Assembly: GCF_964204645.1 (NCBI RefSeq)
Contig: NC_134027.1
Coordinates: 8,836,485-8,900,484 of the forward strand
Origin: Tubulanus polymorphus
Taxonomy: Eukaryota; Animalia; Nemertea
DNA length: 64,000 nucleotides
Direction: 5' to 3'
Shown here: positions 1 to 12,962 of the stretch, in pieces
Position numbering within the stretch: the stretch's first letter is position 1
How the letters are laid out: each line of letters opens with the position of its first letter
Made by a program: the position numbers and the translations under genes
The notes under the pieces: model-generated
Seen by the model: only the letters and a program-made list of their open reading frames with translations
Told to the model about the DNA's origin: nothing
Databases searched by the model: none

Positions 1-493
1 AGATCGGGTTTAAAACGCACTAACTGTCGAGTGCGCGTATCAGATAGTGAAGAACCACCGAAGAGCTTGGATGGTTTACACTTGAACTACTAATATGAGA
101 GGGAGAATCGGGTGCAAGTATATTTTACCGTTTCAATTGATTTGTCGTTTTTGACCGTGATATTTAAGTATATTTAAGTATCTAAATAGATGTCACCTAT
201 CGTGCAGTAATTTATACGCGATGTCACGTGATCGGAGTGTGCGCCCTAGATACCCACTTAACCCCTTCCCCGAAACTGGACTCGGTGCCCTTTAAAACAC
301 GACTTGCACCAGTTTTTTTGTCTAAGATTATAAAAAATGCATTTCAACATTTTTTAACCCAGTAAGCGGCAAGCTCTTCATATTCATGCATGTACGTATG
401 TAGTTATTTTGAATTCGTATATTTTGTCGAAGTAAAGAAATTAAAAGGATTATCGAATGAAAAAAACTATTTTCTTAATTACGTCGAACTTAC

Positions 494-3400
494 CCTTCGC
501 CCGGCTTCGTTATTGTGATAGTTCATGAGCACCCTGGCTAACCCTCTGGAATGACGTGGATGGTTCTTTTCGCGTTCGCGTATATCCACAAATCCTTGAG
601 CGAATCTAAATCCGTATTGTATATTGTCCCCACACCCACCCCATATCCAGTCCCGATGTAAGTGCTGCGGTCTCATCGCCCGGCTACATCCACACCGTGA
701 CAGTTCACCGTCACGACACGACCTTGACACTGAGTGTACGACGCCCGCCGCTGATATCGCGTTCGTGAACGCGGCCTCCCGACTTGCTGAAAATGGAAAT
801 GAAATAAGTTTAAGTTTTCTTAAGATATTTGTATCGTATTCACATTTTCGTATCGGAATCTAAATTGGCGTTGATATAAAAAAACACACGAATGAAAGAA
901 AGATTACCTCACTGAATAATACTGATGTGATATCAAGATTTGGAAATACAAAAGGGCTTAAAAACAATGAAATCACTCGTTATGATCCGGTTGTCGTGTG
1001 GTTCAACCACCACAATCTTTGGCGCATCTCCGGCCATTACACCTCTGATTAAAGGTACACTTTATAATGAAGACAGAAACCCCTGCAGGGCTAACTTCTC
1101 AATCTTCTGATCAAATCATGGACTCTAAAATTCATCGTTTTAGGGTCCTTGATCAAATCAACTAGCAAACCAATCCGCGAAACAGTCGATGAATTCGATA
1201 TACCGCGTATTCATCAATAATAGAGCTCTTGATTGATTACTTGTGAAATATCTTAGTACGTACATCACACTGTTGTATTTGCCAAGGTGAAAAGATCGAC
1301 ACCATACTGAATTGAGGGAGTTTTCAAAAGCTTTGATTATCAACGAGTATAGATTTTTCTGCTCGCGGGGTTGCTTATTTAGGGCGGCGTTAGGGCGGGT
1401 AACCCGCGATCTTCGCAGAGATCAGGTCGCGCCTTAACAATGTCGATATCGTGCTTTTGCAACAAAACAGCCCATCGGTACTAGTTGCGACAAATAACTT
1501 TTTGAACTTCAACAAATAATCGCGCAACTGAGCATTCGAAAGACGTCAAACAGTCGAGAGAATGCTATTCCAATCAGATTCTATAATGCCGTATTCAATT
1601 GCTCTCAACAGGACTGCTCGGCCTGCTGGTTGATTGACGTAAATTCCTGCATATTTTTCATTAGTAGCTCTTAATATGGAGTTTCATTCCGTTAGACAAT
1701 ACCGACGGTGTACAAATACGTACCTATATACATGTATTTAATCTTGGAGATATATTTTCTGTTGTGCGTAGGAAATTTGGTGTTGACACCACGTTAAAAC
1801 GCTTACCGGTTCAGACTGAATGGAAGATTGTTTGAATGAACCGGAAGTGAATTTTCCCGATTTAAAAAAATTTCTGTTAACTCGACCGCCGATCACACAA
1901 CTATATCTGTACTTCGATTTCCCATTTCAAAATCAAACCCCCTATTTCACTCCCGGCAGGTGTGGTGGGTCTGTGAGGGACACTCTATCAAAAAATCAGA
2001 CGAAATTTACCAACCAAATGAATAACAGGGACAATCCCTATTTCAAGATCAAAACGAAAAGTTTGTTTAAGTAAAACTTAAAAACACTTGGTGGAAATTG
2101 AGTGTCATTGTATTTTAACACAGTATAGGACCTGGGTCTGTATGCCTCACAGTATGGGGAGAGCAAAATGTCTAAAATTGTTAGATAATTTTTGGTTGGT
2201 ATGTGGGTGGGTGCGTAGATGATTCTCCTTCTTCGCTTAACTTAGCCTTTAGGCTAGTTTTCATTGTTCGTAAACAATGTTATACACAGTTTACTAGAAG
2301 GATAACATAAAAACTATCGGGTTTCAGTCTTAAATAAACTTCGCCCATTTTTTGTTGAGAAGCGCGGTCTTTCATTTTGACGTTATGTTGTTTCAAAAGA
2401 TATTTTGCCAATTAACTCGCTCTCACCTCGCTTTATACAAGTTGTCAGAATGTGGAAATTTGAACTGATAGTAACAATAGTTGTGTCTATTTCGTTTTCA
2501 TCAATCACATTATATGCTAAACAAACAAAAAACGAAAAGAGATATTTCCCTTCCCATCTCCTACTTCGTTACGCCGAATATTTTAGTCGGAGCTCTGTTT
2601 TATAAGCGTTATCGGGAAGGAATAGTTTTTACGTCGATTTTATCGACGGGGTCCACACTGATAAAAATACCACACACACAAACCGCATAGCGCTGTAGCA
2701 AAGAGATTTCACCACTTACCCTTCAAATTAGCCCCGAGCTCTCATCAAATCTATATACTACAGGGATCATTTGGGACCAACAAAATTCATCCGGGAAATC
2801 TAGATTGGACTGTAAATGGTGTCCGAATTAGACCAAAATTCGGGTTAAGCTGAACCAGATTAAGCGGGTAATGAAATGTTCGACAGGCTTATTTCTAGGA
2901 CTAAAAGTATATATCGTCACCTTTATACATCGTTACACGGGCCATGTTTTGAGGAAGGGTTTCGGTTAATAGGGAAGAATCCTCTGGAATTCGGGTGATT
3001 GCAGCAGCCGAGAACGACTGAATGCATGGGCGCCGAAATTTTTTCACGAGACGGTATAATGTTTACGAACCGACTCACGAATAGCGTAGGTAAACGTAAA
3101 AAGCTAGGATGGTACGCTAAACCTCTGGGGCGCAATACACTTCTTAGACAGGTGCGAGACTGTGACGAATCAGTTAATTATCGGAATATATGAAGCGTAT
3201 CAGCGCATGAAACTCATCTTCTGAGAAGAAATTACTCCACGCTCTCTGAGGATGAGTTACTGCAACTGGAACGGGATGTAAGCTTTTTATACACAAGAAT
3301 TGTAGGGTATTCTTTTTAGGGTATAATATTTTCTGGCGACATTTTTTCAATATACTTAAAAGATTCTTTATCGATGAAACCGAGCCAGGGATCCCTTATT

Positions 3401-6400
3401 TTACGAGAATTATGAGACTTATTTTTGACTCCGTTGCAATAATGTTTATATACATAGATACCTTATAGTATGCGTTATAAAGGGGTTCTATGTGAGTCGA
3501 TGTGCACTACGTCATCAATATTTGCATTTCGAAATAATAATTACAACTGTGAATTTTGGCGTTTATTTCATAACTGTTTTTTATTCTTGATAAATTTTGA
3601 TCATCATTTGTGAGATTGGATGTGCGCATCAATATATTGGGGCTAGACTGGTTGCCGGGCAATTCAATTCAATCATCGATATATTCAATCCAAAATAACT
3701 TAACCGATCCTTAATATTAGATAATTTATACATGTATTATTCATTGTCGACAATATTATGCGATATATGTGTCTATTCTTCAAGGCGTAGCACATGCATT
3801 GAATAGCTGCTTAAAAGTGCTAGATTTTATTCATTTCGGTATCCCAGACGATTGCATATATGTCGCGTAAGGGAATGGCTGGAAATTGCTCATTACGCAG
3901 AAGGAATGGCAGCGAAATCGCAGATAAATCAAAACTAAAGTTGGTTTCGCTGAATACTGACGAGGCATTTTACCTTTTTTTCGTGTGAATTTCGCCACCT
4001 CAGCCTCTCTCTATAACCCGCGTCATAATTTAACGCTGCGGCTATAATTCGGCTAAAGAGTGACATTTACCCATAAATCATCGTCCACAACGGGGAAAAT
4101 AACAAATTACGACCGAATAACTTTATTTATAAGATAAGCGTCGACGGTTGATTGTGGCCGCGAGTCAGTCGTAATGTGGTATAGCGCGTCGATCGTGTCA
4201 ACCGCATTAACATAATGACAAAAAGGCAAAACATTCAGGCGCCTGGTAAACAATTACAATCACTCATTACATGTTAGTTATTATGTTCTATGTATTATAT
4301 ATGGTTGCTCATTTCGACAATATTATATACATATGCCGTTAGAATATTCTAAAATGTGTTATTTTATCGAGATTGCTAGCGCGTGTGGCGCTGCTTAATA
4401 AATCAAGGTCGATTCCCATTCGGGAATTATCTAAGATTCATGTTTAACACCTAGCATTTTTGCACGACGTAAAAACCGTTACAATAATGTTTATATAGAT
4501 TAATATAAATGCATTATTTAAGGGCTTCTGTGTTAGCCGATGTGCACTAAGTCATCAATATTGGCGTTTCAAAATAACAATTATAATTGTGAATTTTGGC
4601 GTTTATTTTGTAATTCAATACATATGATAACTCTTACTTTAATTTTTATCAATTTCGTTAATTACTTTTGAGAGGATGTGCACGTCATCAATACATCAGA
4701 GCTAGACGGCTGTTTGTCGGTCAATTCAATTCAATTCAATCATCGATATACTCAAATCCAAAATAAATTAATTATTGACCCTTAACATATATTATTTCTT
4801 TTTCACCAATACTACGCAATTTATGAGGTTTTTTTTCAAGGCGTCAATAAACTTTCGAAACAGTTTTCTTGTTAACACTCAAGGCGCTGCTGTAATCACC
4901 TTGAAGATGAGATGGCTATTGATGATCTAGAAGTTTTACAAACTCCTATCGGTGCATACTGTTTTACTTACGTATTGTGACAATCTGTCCAAATGCTCCT
5001 CCGTCGATCGATGTACAATTCCATCGTCTGGTGCGAAACTGCCATTGACATTCTTGAATACCAAGGTGGGCTCCACGACTAATACTGGGCATATGATCCT
5101 GATATAACATACACAGTTTCCGTTGACCGGGAGATAGTCCTTGTAACTGGTGACAAATCGGCTGCGCGCCTACGATATAAATGCTTGGGTTTCTCCAAAT
5201 TCCCTTTAACCCGATATTCCTACAAGAAATAGATATTGCGAAAAACATTGTTAACGTTTATGTATTAAAGTAGACATGCAATGTAGTGGACTTGACACCT
5301 ACAGAACTCAAAAACGTAATCATTATTTTCAAAATAGCTACACTTACGAAACTTGCGAGGTAAAATCTTATGTATATCATATATAGTCAGTTAAGATTTC
5401 AAAGAACAGGTTAGATCATAATATGTGTGATTAGTAACGAACATGGTCCTGCTGACATCATTTTTATGTCAAGGATCGTTTTTCACCGAAAATGTCGAAA
5501 TCATTCAAATTTTTCAGATGGAGGTATTGGCACTGAGAATAGTTCCGGTTCCGGTTTGATTTCCACTTAGATTTCACACGGAGTTGTCAAAAAAACCTTT
5601 TTCACGGACAAATGGTTGCGTATTACGAATCCATAGTTGGGTTCCTAACATTTACATAACATATATTTCGACTTTTGGACAAAATGGCATTTGGCTAAAT
5701 ACTCATTTTCAAATAGAGAAACAAAAATGGTGAAGGATCATTCCTACGGATTTTATCGTTGAATTTGTTCTTAAGTTCGTATTGCCGGACCTGGTCCTGG
5801 TATTAAGTTTTTTGCATACATCGAAGGGCACGTACTTGATTCTAGATTTGGTTCCACTGAGTTTCTGAATCAAAAGATTCATCTTAAGGCTATAGTATCT
5901 TTACCTATAGACATGCTTAGGAGGAGCTGAGGCAGTGTAGAATGAAAAATGTTCGAATCCCATAGTGTTCGTGTGTGCGTGTGTGTGTTAGAACCAGTGA
6001 ATCCCCGGGGCGGGTGTTTTTATCTGCCGGTATGGATGACTGCGCCGAGGTATACATCTTCACCTGTTGATGGTAAAACACCTCACAGGGGATCGGGGAA
6101 AACATATCAATCTCGATCGTTTGCACAAACTTTGCTTTCCTTTGCATATGATATTTCCGAGCGCGCAAGAGAGAAACGAGGGAAAATAACGAGTTATCGA
6201 AACGAGATAGATATCTTCAGATACCTAGTAAAGAGATAATACGCTGACAAATAACAGATATTCACGAGACTTCGGACACAGGAATATCGAATTTTTAAGT
6301 TTTGGTGTTAATGGCAGATTCGTTTGAATTTGAGATGGATCTCAAGTCGAAGTTTTGTCGGTTATTTTACTTTGATTTCACTTAGTAACAGTTGCGAATG

Positions 6401-9400
6401 AAATAACTTAAATACCGGGGTGTTTTAGACATTTTGAATGCCTTATCGAGCCCCATTTCACCAATGGCGTCCAATGCGCAACCACTTCCGGCTTCAACAG
6501 ACAACGGATCTAAAAGTTTGATTTCCTCCGTATAACGCGATAACACCGGCAAACCGGACCACCGTATTTATATGTTAGTTTCACGAGCAGGAAAAGTAAC
6601 AGCAAAATTACCTCTTAACCGATTTTAATCTGACGAATAATCGGCCGAGTCGCGTATACACGTATACACAATAGTTAACTCAAAACTGCTCTAGTGCACT
6701 TTTAAATTTTTTTCATACATTCAAAAGCGAAAAACGGACTGGCTGAACTCAATTTGTACATTGACAATAGCCGTATAGTGTGTCATTTGAGGCTCTTATA
6801 ACGTAGCTATTTTCGACTACTTAAACGTGTATCATATCCCCAAAGTATGTGTGCAGTCATCTTGAATATGTTGACTATGCTATCACTTCGACATTTATTA
6901 TTCCTGGCTCCCAACCCGATGTTTCGATACGCCTAGATCGTGTTTTCTAACTGAAACTTGAACCGTGTATTCTCTCTCTCCGTGCGTATCCGCAGGCTGC
7001 GGCGGCTGCCCAGCTTCCAGATGTCGCCTACGAAATAATCGTCATCATTGGGCCAAATCAGATGTTACACTGTATGGTTTTTTCCAAATATCAAATAAGT
7101 ATTCTTTGAACATTGATAAAGAGATTGACCAGACAGTCAGAAAGTTTAAAAAAACTCAGCAATAGGCTGATGAAAAGTTATGCAGGTTTTCCTGACTTTA
7201 TTTAACCTATAGATTAGTATACTCGGATGTGTACGACCTGGTTTATTTTGCTTAAATGACGTTCAAATCAAAAATTTGAATCAGAATGCGAAGTCATGTT
7301 TCTGGCAAAAATTGCTATTAACATATATATACACGGGAACTTAACTTAATCAAATATGATGCATGCATTGCAATGATTACATATGCATTACAATAAGAAT
7401 TCTGACAGAGAACGGAAAACAATAAGATCGGGTTCATTAAGATGGTTAATGAACCATCGGCTTCGGAAGCCGCGTCTATGGTCCGCATTATTCAGATTGT
7501 CTCGATCTATATGGCCGACAATGTTACTACGTGCTATTGTTCTTCGTGAATATTGTTCGGTACATCTTCTATGATACGCGATAAACATTTTATATTCTAT
7601 CTAAATATTGCATTAAAGAAATAATACGGATAGATGCATCAAATTCGTCTTGGCTATTTCATTGCAAACCATCTGCCATCTGATACTAAAATAACGAATC
7701 CCGCGCGGTCATTTTCAACCGCTAGAATTCAAATTCTAGTTGGATGTTGCGTATATATCTGCGTGGGGTACAGGGTATTATTATGGGGGCTCTCCGGAGT
7801 TTACACATGCGTGTCTATATAAGGTTACTCTTTTTTGTCCGAAAACCATTATCTATCATCGCAAGCAATGTGGCTTTTAGGACAACTTTCGTGAAAATCG
7901 TTCGGGAATGTTTTACGTCGCCTATTGCCGCGCACAGCGGGTTACAAGACAGGGTGTACAAAAGCGCAAAAGAGTTTGTTGAAAATAACAAAACTGTTCT
8001 TTCTATATGCCGTATATAAAACTGAATGCAGTTGCGGCCTGGATATATGTTAGCCGTATTTCAATTACGATTCGGAAAGAATACGGGGACAATCAATTGA
8101 GGAAGTGGTCACAGCCGAGAAGACTTATGGCGGAGACAGATTCTCTGTCTATGTAGACAGATAGAAATACGGTTAAAAGTCCATTCGAAACTATTCGTTT
8201 TCGACATTTACGATGAAACCTGATGAGGGACCTGTTTTATACAAACTATTCCTTAGTTTCTACAGGCCCCTCCAGGTCTAATTTACTGTATTTTGTATTA
8301 TGCTTTGTACACTATGCTGTAAATTATATTTGAAAAATAAAGTGTTCAAATCAATCAAATCAATCAAACTATTGATTAAGATGACCAACATTCTTAATCA
8401 TTACCTAGTTCAGCTAAACGAGACAACAGCGATATTATGGACACAACGTATGAAACTTATACTGTTATGAAAAAAGCAGAAGGATCGTCATTGTCAAAAA
8501 CTTTCGAGTCTATGTCTGAACAGGCCTTGTCATTTTGCCATAAACCCGGTGAAAGAGCAATCATTTCAAATTAGTTACGCGTAATGAATCCTGCAAACGG
8601 CCTACTGAATCTAGCAGGCTCGATCGGAGAATGGTTTTTTCAACTCACTGGTTTTTATAGGCTCGTTTGCGTTATGCACTGTTATAGACTAATCATCATC
8701 CACACTCAATAAAAATCTGACAATGCAATCGAAAATCACCTTTCGTCGTCGTACAGCGATGATAATCGTTTTAAACGTATTAAAGAGCAATAATTACTGA
8801 TCCAAAACACTGCTATTCATCGAATCAATCTTTTATATACAACGCAAAAAAATAAGTTTAGGTTTAGCTTTTCTATGCTTATTATCTTCGAAGAAGAGCC
8901 CCGTAAAAATAAAAGATTTTCGGAAAAAAATCTTTCAGATAGTATAACCGCATGGAGGTCAATCATGCACGGAAGTATACAAGCATTCGTGAATACCTTG
9001 AGTATCAGCTTCAAATGTTCCTAATAAGCATTTTATTCAAACTTTATGTAATTACCACAAATTGATAATCATCATTGGATCAAGATACGAATAGATAATT
9101 TCATCGTCCATTCGCTGTTCAGAAATGTTTTGAAATGAATGTTCCAGGATAGATAAGTACAAAGTTGTATATTTCTGTACCATATTTTCTGAAAAACTTG
9201 CTCGAAGGAATTTAAGACTACTAATGGGATTTGCAGTTTCAAGAATTGACAATGTCTTATTTTTGATATAATCACTATTACTGCAATTCGTATCTCATCA
9301 ACATAATTGCCACTGAAACTTTGATTTACTAGATATTATCATGCTTGCTTCTTCTATTGGCGGTCCAACATATCAGCAAAATATCTCATAACTGCTCGTA

Positions 9401-10384
9401 GAGGTCCAACTGAGATAGGAATTTCGTACCGATACGTTAACACGAATCTGACGTAAACACGCCCGATTTCTTTCTCGTTATCAGGGAAGGAACAAACTGT
9501 GGAATCAAAAACCTTCTTGGATCAAACTTGGATTGATTTTTAGAATCAGCCTAAAGATTCCAACTTTCTCAATATAAATATGGCGTCTTTTTGGAAAGGC
9601 CGAGTGGATATTTGGGACCGACTTTCAGTCGTAATGGCTTCACCTTGCAACGTTGCGTTTGCTTCCGATTCAATTCGCAATGTTCACTGACCTATAGGAA
9701 ATTGTAAACACTTTTTTGTCGTCGGGATGTTAACACCGGGGACCACGAAGCCATATCTTCGTTATAATAGGCTCTAATCCCATATCGGTGTAGAAGTGAG
9801 TCAACAGTCTCACAAAAGACCATGATTGACAATGAAATTCATTCACACCAAGACATTTTCTATAACAGAATTTTTAACGGATGTCTTTCAATTTGTGACA
9901 CAAACTACAAAAACTTAAACCACACATTAATTGTGCGTATACATCAGTTGCCATTCTGGAATAAGGGTATATGAAATGAACTGCCACGTACGTCCTGGGA
10001 TGTCTTCTTATTTCATACAATTTCTACGGATTCACCTGACGATGATCTTTAGGGTGAGATCGAAACGTCGAGTTCTTTTAATTATTTGATTAGATAAATT
10101 CTCAATTTTTCAAATACTTTTATCTTGTACATAGTGGTTTTTATCTTATCACCCATTCACCACGTTTGAGCGTGGTTATTCTGCAATCTAATTTCCACGG
10201 CTTCCTACACTACTAAAATAACATAACATTCCAAAAAGGAGGGGACCATTGCTGGAAATAAAAATAAACAGATAATCTAAAATAATACTTACCACCACAT
10301 GTCCACTGTCGTCAGGGTTAATTCCCACCTGAGCGAAAAAGCGACCAGGAATAATAAATGCTGCGCTGACCATCGCTTCTTCAT
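494..10384 (-). CDS. Wnt5: Wnt5 ligand, 5' part (coding exons 10384-10293, 5219-4972, 786-494); remaining exon(s) lie left of the window
   Basis: Exons join in phase through GT-AG sites: [74 protein letters not shown]...[14 protein letters not shown]...[39 protein letters not shown]...[10 protein letters not shown]...[11 protein letters not shown]. The signal peptide, Cys pattern and YIVGAQP/LYQDHM motifs are typical of the Wnt5 subfamily. Confidence 0.95.
1812..2049 (+). repeat. Interspersed repeat family B, copy 1
   Basis: Shares colinear blocks (CAGACTG..TGGAAGATTGTTTGAA.GAACCGGA, GACCGCCGATCACACAA, AATAACAGGGACAA) with 27264-27511. Confidence 0.8.
3422..3790 (+). mobile_element. Non-autonomous repeat family A, copy 1
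   Basis: Colinear with 4457-4848 (CCGTT.CAATAATGTTTATATA, GATGTGCACTA.GTCATCAATATT, TGTGAATTTTGGCGTTTATTT, CAATTCAATCATCGATAT, TTCAAGGCGT). Confidence 0.75.
4457..4848 (+). mobile_element. Non-autonomous repeat family A, copy 2
   Basis: Diverged copy of 3422-3790, about 1 kb away in the same Wnt5 intron. Confidence 0.75.
8281..8368 (+). repeat. Possible LINE/SINE 3' tail
   Basis: T-rich stretch, then AATAAA, then a short-unit tail AAATCAATCAAATCAATCAAA, as seen at CR1/L2-type retroposon ends. Confidence 0.4.
10028..10075 (+). ncRNA. Minimal type I hammerhead ribozyme motif (Penelope-like element terminal-repeat remnant)
   Basis: GGATTC-AC-CTGACGA-T-GATCT(loop)AGATC-GAAA-C-GTC-GAGTTC. The CUGANGA and GAAA cores are intact, with a 5-6 bp stem II, a minimal palindromic ACGU stem III, a GUC cleavage triplet and a 6-bp stem I containing G-U pairs. 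Confidence 0.65.
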
Positions 10385-10604
10385 TTTGGCTTATATCCGA
10401 TTCATCTTAGCGCGACAATAAACTGAATAAAAACAACAGCGAAAAGAAACTGAAAAAACTGTTCGTTTTTCTTTTTACGATAAAGAAATTCGTCGGCGCC
10501 GGGCACATCGGTAAGTCAACATTGTTGCGACATTTGGTGCGGTTAATACTGATCTGCGTCGAGCTCGTGCTCGCATATGGCTCCAGTCACCGTCATACGA
10601 CGGC

Positions 10605-10832
10605 TTTTATATGACGAAGCCGGGTGGAGGCGATGATGACTCGTAGCCTAAGTAGTCAGTTACTTTTTAATGAAGTTTTGATATACCGCAATCGCAATCG
10701 CAATATAGCTATATAGTTCGTCCTGAACACTGACAACTCCTCGAACTGTTCTGCCCAGCAGCGGCGTCGTGGCTTGAAGTGGTGCTGATCTGCTAGCTTT
10801 TAGTTTCGACCCAAACCCGGTCTGTGATTGGT
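10605..10832 (-). promoter_or_regulatory. Putative Wnt5 proximal promoter (TATA box and CCAAT box)
   Basis: Minus-strand TATAAAA at 10611-10605, about 220 nt upstream of the ATG. Minus-strand CCAATC at about 10832-10827. CpG-rich surroundings. Confidence 0.45.
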
Positions 10833-11475
10833 CGGTCCATTTTCCGAGCGATTTAATTCAACTATCTCAATCAACTTACTGTAATTTGTAAATCGCCCCG
10901 GTGTTTCAAGCGGGGGTCCTCCTTATTGTTCTCTATTCCTCGAGGCTGTCCCTTCCAGTAGTTGCGTTCATTAGTTACCCTTGCTTTCCGTTCAATGCGC
11001 GTCAGTGTTAACTGATCTCGGAATTGATCTCGCTTTTTGCGTTTTCACGTTATAAATTGATTCATAGCTAGAGGCGCCAAATATTCCTTGAAAAGGCATA
11101 CACCCCGATACAACAAACGAAATACCTATTCAGATGCTCAATTCTATCCCCGAGTGCTAAATGCCCGAAAAAGATTATATCAACCCAATAAATACCTTAA
11201 TTGTACGATACATTCTTTAGACAATCGTTCTAATTATCTTCTATCTCCAAGTCCAACTCAAAACCACAATTGTAAAAACGGATAAATATTTGCATTAAAC
11301 CACTTTTGTTACAGTTTTCGTTCGACCGTCCAATAGAATGTGAAGACCGGTCACATTGATTGTGAACACAAACAATATCGGAATAATTATGAAAAGAAGA
11401 CATAATATGGCTTCTGAGTCCGTTACTTTGACAAAAACATATTTGGCGATAGGATATAACATTATGAAACAGGTG

Positions 11476-11610
11476 TCCATCCCGGTGTAAACTCGTTGGG
11501 TGTAGGGCTCGCATCTATTTTTGTCCAATCCGGTTTGAACTCGCGGGGTGTAGGGCTTGTATCTTTTTTATCAACCCCGGTGCAAACTCGTGGGGTGTTT
11601 GGCTCTTATT
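11476..11610 (+). repeat. Degenerate tandem repeat, three units of about 50 bp
   Basis: Three units of CCGGT..AACTCG..GGGTGT..GGCT. Confidence 0.7.
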
Positions 11611-12639
11611 TCTCTGAAAGTATTCACAAAATAATCTTCAATATCAGATTATCTTGAAGATGCAAGGTCGTCGATGTTATTACCTAGGACAGGGAATATT
11701 TGAAAGAGCTATGCCAACGGTGCTTTGAATGCGTGGGTAGAAAGATCAAGGGTTTTTTGTGTACGTACGTAATAAGTGGATGACACCGGAATGAACAAGG
11801 CATAGGAGATTAATCAAATAATCCGCAAGGAGACATACCCCGCCATGATGGCAGAGTTCGAGACGGGTAAATTGTTATCTGATTATTGTCACCAACCTCC
11901 TCCTGAGTAAGATCATTAACAAATCTGTCAAACACGTTAATCTAAGTCGATGGAGAAAATATTGTTCAGTCTGAGTGAATGTAGAAATAGTGGTTAATCC
12001 GTGATTGAATTAATCCATGACTGCGTGATAAATACGTTAATACGTACCGAGACAGTTAATTAGATATAACAAATTAATGATTGCCGACTTAATCACAATA
12101 ATCTGTATAATCAGGCGTTTTGAGAGACCTGATAATTATTGATCGATTGTGTTTCGATGAATTCTAAACGGAGTCTTAACACACGGATTATCACATTAAA
12201 AGTCAACTCGGCTCGGAAAAACTCAGAAATCCAAATTTTTTGCGCTTTGTCGTCTTAAGTTTTGGTGCTTCAAACACTTCGCCATCTATCGGATACAGGG
12301 GAAGAGAAGTGAAATCGACTGTTAGACACACTGGACTGAGACTAAAATATGATTATTAGTGACTTTTATTAGACTTATTAAGTTCTAGTAGCAACTAGAG
12401 CCATTCAATAAAATCGAGGATTCGTGAAATTATCATGAATCCTTTTAAGGCATTATTTGATAATGAATTTTCAGCACGAAAAATGAAACATGAACTTTTT
12501 AACTGAATGAAAACCATCGAAAGCTTTGAATTTTTTAGATTTCGACGGAGACAAACGAGCTTTCACACATTGAAGCATAATATTCTCTCCAACTGGTTAG
12601 AGACGTAGATAAAAATAAAGATCCCACGGAAAAAAAATT

Positions 12640-12727
12640 TCCCTCGAGCCGGATTTGAACCAGCGACCTAAGGATATCAGCTAATGCACTCTACAGTCCT
12701 CCGCTCTACCAACTGAGCTATCGAGGG
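12640..12727 (-). tRNA. tRNA-Tyr(GTA) with a 15-nt intron (12676-12690)
   Basis: The reverse complement reads CCCTCGATAGCTCAGTTGGTAGAGCGGAGGACTGTAG[AGTGCATTAGCTGAT]ATCCTTAGGTCGCTGGTTCAAATCCGGCTCGAGGGA. It has a perfect acceptor stem, A and B boxes, an intron at the canonical 37/38 position, a T8 Pol III terminator (12630-12637) and TATATA about 30 nt upstream. Confidence 0.97.
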
Positions 12728-12962
12728 AACATACCGATCGCGTCATTGCTTTGGTATATAAAGGTAAACACACGTGAATGCATTCGCAACTCTTCGCACA
12801 CTGCCGTGTGTTTAATAATCCATGTGTTGATGATAATAGGGCTTTTATTTTTTGAATCTTGTCAATGACTGATTATCCCTTAACCAGTTTGTATTTGAGT
12901 TTTGACTTGAAGAGAAAATTGCTACGGTCGACCGACGGTCACGTGATTTGTACGTTTACAAG

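Noticed and set aside
6915-6955. Minus-strand hairpin plus GAAACATCGG, resembling a Penelope hammerhead
   Set aside because: The CUGANGA core is absent and stem II is weak, so it is too decayed to call.
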